From contig JBDUXZ010000003.1 of NCBI GenBank assembly GCA_039944855.1, positions 130,169 through 194,168 on the forward strand: a stretch of DNA of 64,000 nucleotides, in the 5' to 3' direction. This DNA comes from Rhodothermales bacterium. Its GTDB lineage: Bacteria; Bacteroidota; Rhodothermia; Rhodothermales; JANQRZ01. The number at the start of each line of letters is the position of its first letter. The stretch's first letter is position 1. The notes beneath the pieces are model-generated. The model saw only the letters and a program-made list of their open reading frames with translations, searched no databases and was not told the origin of the DNA. This document shows, one piece after another, positions 61,366-64,000 of the stretch. Both the position numbers and the translations under genes were made by a program.

Positions 61366-62754
61366 TCACTTCGGGTCGATGGTGATGGAGAGCGGGGCGA
61401 GCAGCGCGGCGACGGTCGGCTCGACCGCTCCGCCGACGACGATCCGCCGCGTGAGCGCGAGCGCGACCGCCTCGCCGTGGCGCGGGTCCGTGTTCGGAAT
61501 CCGGTCGGCGATGCGGAGGCCGTGGGCCCCGACGAAGTCATCGTCGCCGATGCAGGCGGGATAGGGCGGGAAGTCGTCGTCTTCGTAATAGCTCCCGACG
61601 GCGGGCGCGAAGCCTTCGGCGGTGACGGCGTGGAACGTGACGAGCGTGCCTTCCGGTCCCGTCACGGCCTGCCACGTCGGTGCCTCGTCCCGCAGCGCGT
61701 CCGGCTCGCCATCGACGGCCACGCCGTAGGAGTGGTTCGCGTCGGTGTACGTCATCCCGCGCGCGGCGTCGCTGAGGTCGAGGTAGCTCATCACGCCGGG
61801 GACGGGGTGGACGCGGAGCGCCGAGCGCGTCTCGATGAGCCGGTCGTAGAACAGCCACGTCTGCTGCACGAGCGGCCCGCTGTTGAACCCGACGACGCCC
61901 CGGATCGCCCGCACCGGCCCGCTCCGGTTGACGACGAACGCGCCCTCGCTGAGCGAGCCGGTGTACGGCGTCCGCCAGCAGATCCCCGGCCCGAACCCGA
62001 TCATGTCTACGTCGAGCAGGTCCGGCCCGCCCGCCACGGCGAGTTCGTCGAGCAGCCAGCGATCGGCGAAGCGGGCGCGGTAGTGCGGCGTCGTGACGCG
62101 CGAGTTTTCGGGGTTCGAGCCGACGCGGTCACCGGAGGCGAATCCGTAGGGGAAGCCGAGAATCGGCGGCATCCGCCCGCCGTGGTCGTAGGTCGCGAGG
62201 TAGGGGCCGCGTTCGAGCACGAGGTCGTACGCAATCGTACTCGTGCTCTCGCGATCCGCCCCGGCGAGCCGGCGGTAGAGATAGGCATAGCGCGTCGCGC
62301 CGTCCGCCTCGACCGCCACCACGGTCCGGGTCGCCGGGTCCACGCCGGCCGGGTCGGCGTCGGTCTCCCCGCCAAAGTCCCGGAGCATGAGAGCGAGTTC
62401 GTCGAGCGCGTCGAACGTCGGATCGGGATCGGCCCCGACGTGGGTGTTCGGATCGGCGTAGCCGGCTTCGACGACGTGGCCTTCGAGGTCGCGGCACCAC
62501 GCGTGGCGCGGGCAGTCGCGGGGTTCGAAGCCGGGCGGATAGGCGCGCGCGAGGTCATAGACGAACCGCTCGTCCACCTGCACCGGGATCGGCGCGAGCG
62601 CCCCGTCGCGCAGGGCGAACGCGGCGATCTCGTCCGGCGCAACGCCCAGCAGCCGCGGCGTCTGCTCGCCGACGAGCACGACCGGCCGGAAGTCCGGCTG
62701 CGCCTGCGCCGCCGCCGTCAGCAACACGGCGAGGCCGAGCGCCCGCGCCGTCAT
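61366..62754 (-). CDS. Secreted hypothetical protein (462 aa)
   Basis: The ATG at 62754 overlaps the der stop (ATGA). The signal peptide is MTARALGLAVLLTAAAQAQ. I recognise no family. Confidence 0.6.
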   Translation of the reverse strand: MTARALGLAVLLTAAAQAQPDFRPVVLVGEQTPRLLGVAPDEIAAFALRDGALAPIPVQVDERFVYDLARAYPPGFEPRDCPRHAWCRDLEGHVVEAGYADPNTHVGADPDPTFDALDELALMLRDFGGETDADPAGVDPATRTVVAVEADGATRYAYLYRRLAGADRESTSTIAYDLVLERGPYLATYDHGGRMPPILGFPYGFASGDRVGSNPENSRVTTPHYRARFADRWLLDELAVAGGPDLLDVDMIGFGPGICWRTPYTGSLSEGAFVVNRSGPVRAIRGVVGFNSGPLVQQTWLFYDRLIETRSALRVHPVPGVMSYLDLSDAARGMTYTDANHSYGVAVDGEPDALRDEAPTWQAVTGPEGTLVTFHAVTAEGFAPAVGSYYEDDDFPPYPACIGDDDFVGAHGLRIADRIPNTDPRHGEAVALALTRRIVVGGAVEPTVAALLAPLSITIDPK

Positions 62755-64000
62755 TTTTGCTTGAACGCGAGCGTGAGCGGGACGCCCTCGAACCCGAACG
62801 CGTCGCGGATCTGGTTCTCGAGGTAGCGCCGGTACGGTTCCTTCACGCCGGTCGGGTGGTTGCAGTAAAACGCGAACACCGGCGGCTCGATGCGGACCTG
62901 CGTGGCGTACTTGATCCGGATCTGGTTGCCGCCCACGGCCGGCGGGTGGTGCGCCTTGAGGGCCTTCTGGATGACCTCGTTGAGCTTGCTCGTCGAGACC
63001 TGACGCGACCGCTCGGCGGCGACGGTGAGGGCCTTTTCCAGCACGCGCTCCTTCCGCTGCCCCGTCAGCGCGGAGATGAACAGGACGGGGATGTAGCTCA
63101 GCGTGCCCAGCTTCTCGTGGACGGCCCGCTCGAAATCGCGCGCCGTGTTCGTCTCCTTCTCGACGAGGTCCCACTTGTTGACGACGAGGACGAGCCCCTT
63201 CTTCATCGACTCGGCCTGCCGGATGATGCGGGCGTCCTGCGCCTCCAGCCCGAGCGTCGCGTCGAGCAGCACCACGGCCACGTCGCACGACTGAATCGCG
63301 CGCTCGGTGCGGAGCGTGGAGTAGAACTCGACGTTCTCCTGCACCTTCGATTTCTTGCGGAGCCCAGCCGTGTCCACGAGCACGACCGGCTGCCCCTCGT
63401 ACTCCACGAGCACGTCGACGGAGTCCCGTGTCGTCCCGCTGATCTCGGTGACAATCGAGCGCTCCTGGCCGAGGAGGGCGTTCGTCAGCGACGACTTGCC
63501 GACGTTCGGGCGGCCGATGAACGCGATGCGCGGGGCGTCGAGGTCGTCCTCGTCCGACTCCGGCGGGAGGGCGTCGACGAGCACGTCGAGGAAGTCGCCC
63601 GTGCCGCTGCCGTTGACCGAACTGATGGGGTAGACCTCGCCGAGCCCGAGGGCGTAGAACTCCGCTGCGTCGAGCCGGCGCGTCGCGCTGTCGGCCTTGT
63701 TGGCCACGACGAACACGGGTTTATCCGTCCGCCGCAGGACCGTCGCCATCTCCGCGTCGAGGTCCGTGATGCCCGTCGTCACGTCGCCGACGAAGATGAT
63801 GGCGTCGGCCTCGTCGAGCGCGATCTGGACCTGCTCGCGGATGGCCGCCTCGAACCGGTCGGCCGAGCGGGCAACGAAGCCGCCGGTGTCGACGAGGTCG
63901 AAGGTCCGGCCGTTCCACTCGGCGTCGCCGTAGATCCGGTCGCGCGTGACGCCGGGCTCGTCGTGGACGATGGCCTGCCGCTGCTCCGTAAGCCGGTTAA
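62751..64000 (-). CDS. der: Ribosome-associated GTPase Der (EngA); 5' end beyond the window
   Basis: The second G-domain block is IAFIGRPNVGKSSL, DTAG, NKWD, with a KH-like C-terminus. Manual translation of 63783-63998 continues in frame (NRLTEQRQAIVHDEPGVTRDRIYG...DTGG), so the gene runs off the window end. Confidence 0.9.
   Translation of the reverse strand, partial: NRLTEQRQAIVHDEPGVTRDRIYGDAEWNGRTFDLVDTGGFVARSADRFEAAIREQVQIALDEADAIIFVGDVTTGITDLDAEMATVLRRTDKPVFVVANKADSATRRLDAAEFYALGLGEVYPISSVNGSGTGDFLDVLVDALPPESDEDDLDAPRIAFIGRPNVGKSSLTNALLGQERSIVTEISGTTRDSVDVLVEYEGQPVVLVDTAGLRKKSKVQENVEFYSTLRTERAIQSCDVAVVLLDATLGLEAQDARIIRQAESMKKGLVLVVNKWDLVEKETNTARDFERAVHEKLGTLSYIPVLFISALTGQRKERVLEKALTVAAERSRQVSTSKLNEVIQKALKAHHPPAVGGNQIRIKYATQVRIEPPVFAFYCNHPTGVKEPYRRYLENQIRDAFGFEGVPLTLAFKQK

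Noticed and set aside
1-64000. A CRISPR array, prophage, integrase, transposase, or a classical defence or toxin-antitoxin module.
   Set aside because: There are no regularly spaced direct repeats. The only tandem repeats are short, coding ones. No ORF shows integrase, transposase, Cas, restriction-modification or toxin-antitoxin motifs. The sole mobile-element-like gene is the broken HNH.

Overview
This is a high-G+C bacterial chromosomal segment, roughly two-thirds to 70% G+C by eye, and almost fully coding. The gene content looks Bacteroidota/Rhodothermota-like. The evidence is a short 279-aa primary sigma factor; an atpIBEFHAG operon without atpD/atpC; an arginine operon with an acyl-ornithine-type carbamoyltransferase; a free-standing nuoI; and an ECF sigma paired with a Ser/Thr kinase. 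The taxonomic call is inference only.

Features, left to right:
- An arsenic-resistance block: arsR, acr3, a metallophosphoesterase, a Cys-tailed ECF sigma and arsM.
- A lipoprotein with a 4-fold repeat.
- An ECF sigma plus a Ser/Thr kinase with TPR repeats.
- prfC.
- Two lytic transglycosylases, an ABC exporter pair and a GNAT acetyltransferase.
- A tRNA-Ser(TGA) locus with a decayed copy of the tRNA 3' half and a lower-GC HNH gene that carries an in-frame stop.
- dcp.
- The arginine operon argG-X-argC-argD-argF'-argB-argE-argH. X is an unrecognised P-loop protein.
- gdhA, rpoD and tRNA-Ser(GCT).
- The F-type ATPase operon, preceded by bactofilin and M23 peptidase genes.
- rpsT, an OmpA/PKD outer-membrane protein and queG.
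- A multi-PAS histidine kinase, an MFS transporter, lysS and a cyclophilin.
- A Memo-like gene, a DUF2520 gene and tRNA-Val(CAC).
- An ECF sigma, holA, a DinB-family gene, nuoI and der (truncated at the window end).

Three copies of a MITE/REP-like hairpin element lie in intergenic gaps. I saw no CRISPR array, integrase, transposase or recognisable defence system.

The most interesting candidates are:
- The uncharacterised P-loop gene, translationally coupled inside an arg operon that lacks argA/argJ.
- The ECF sigma with a C-terminal Cys tail inside the ars operon, together with the palindromic operators shared by arsR and arsM.
- The strong terminator-like hairpin 12 nt before argG.
- The tRNA-Ser hotspot.

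Every functional call is from reading the translated ORFs and motifs by eye. No database search was run.
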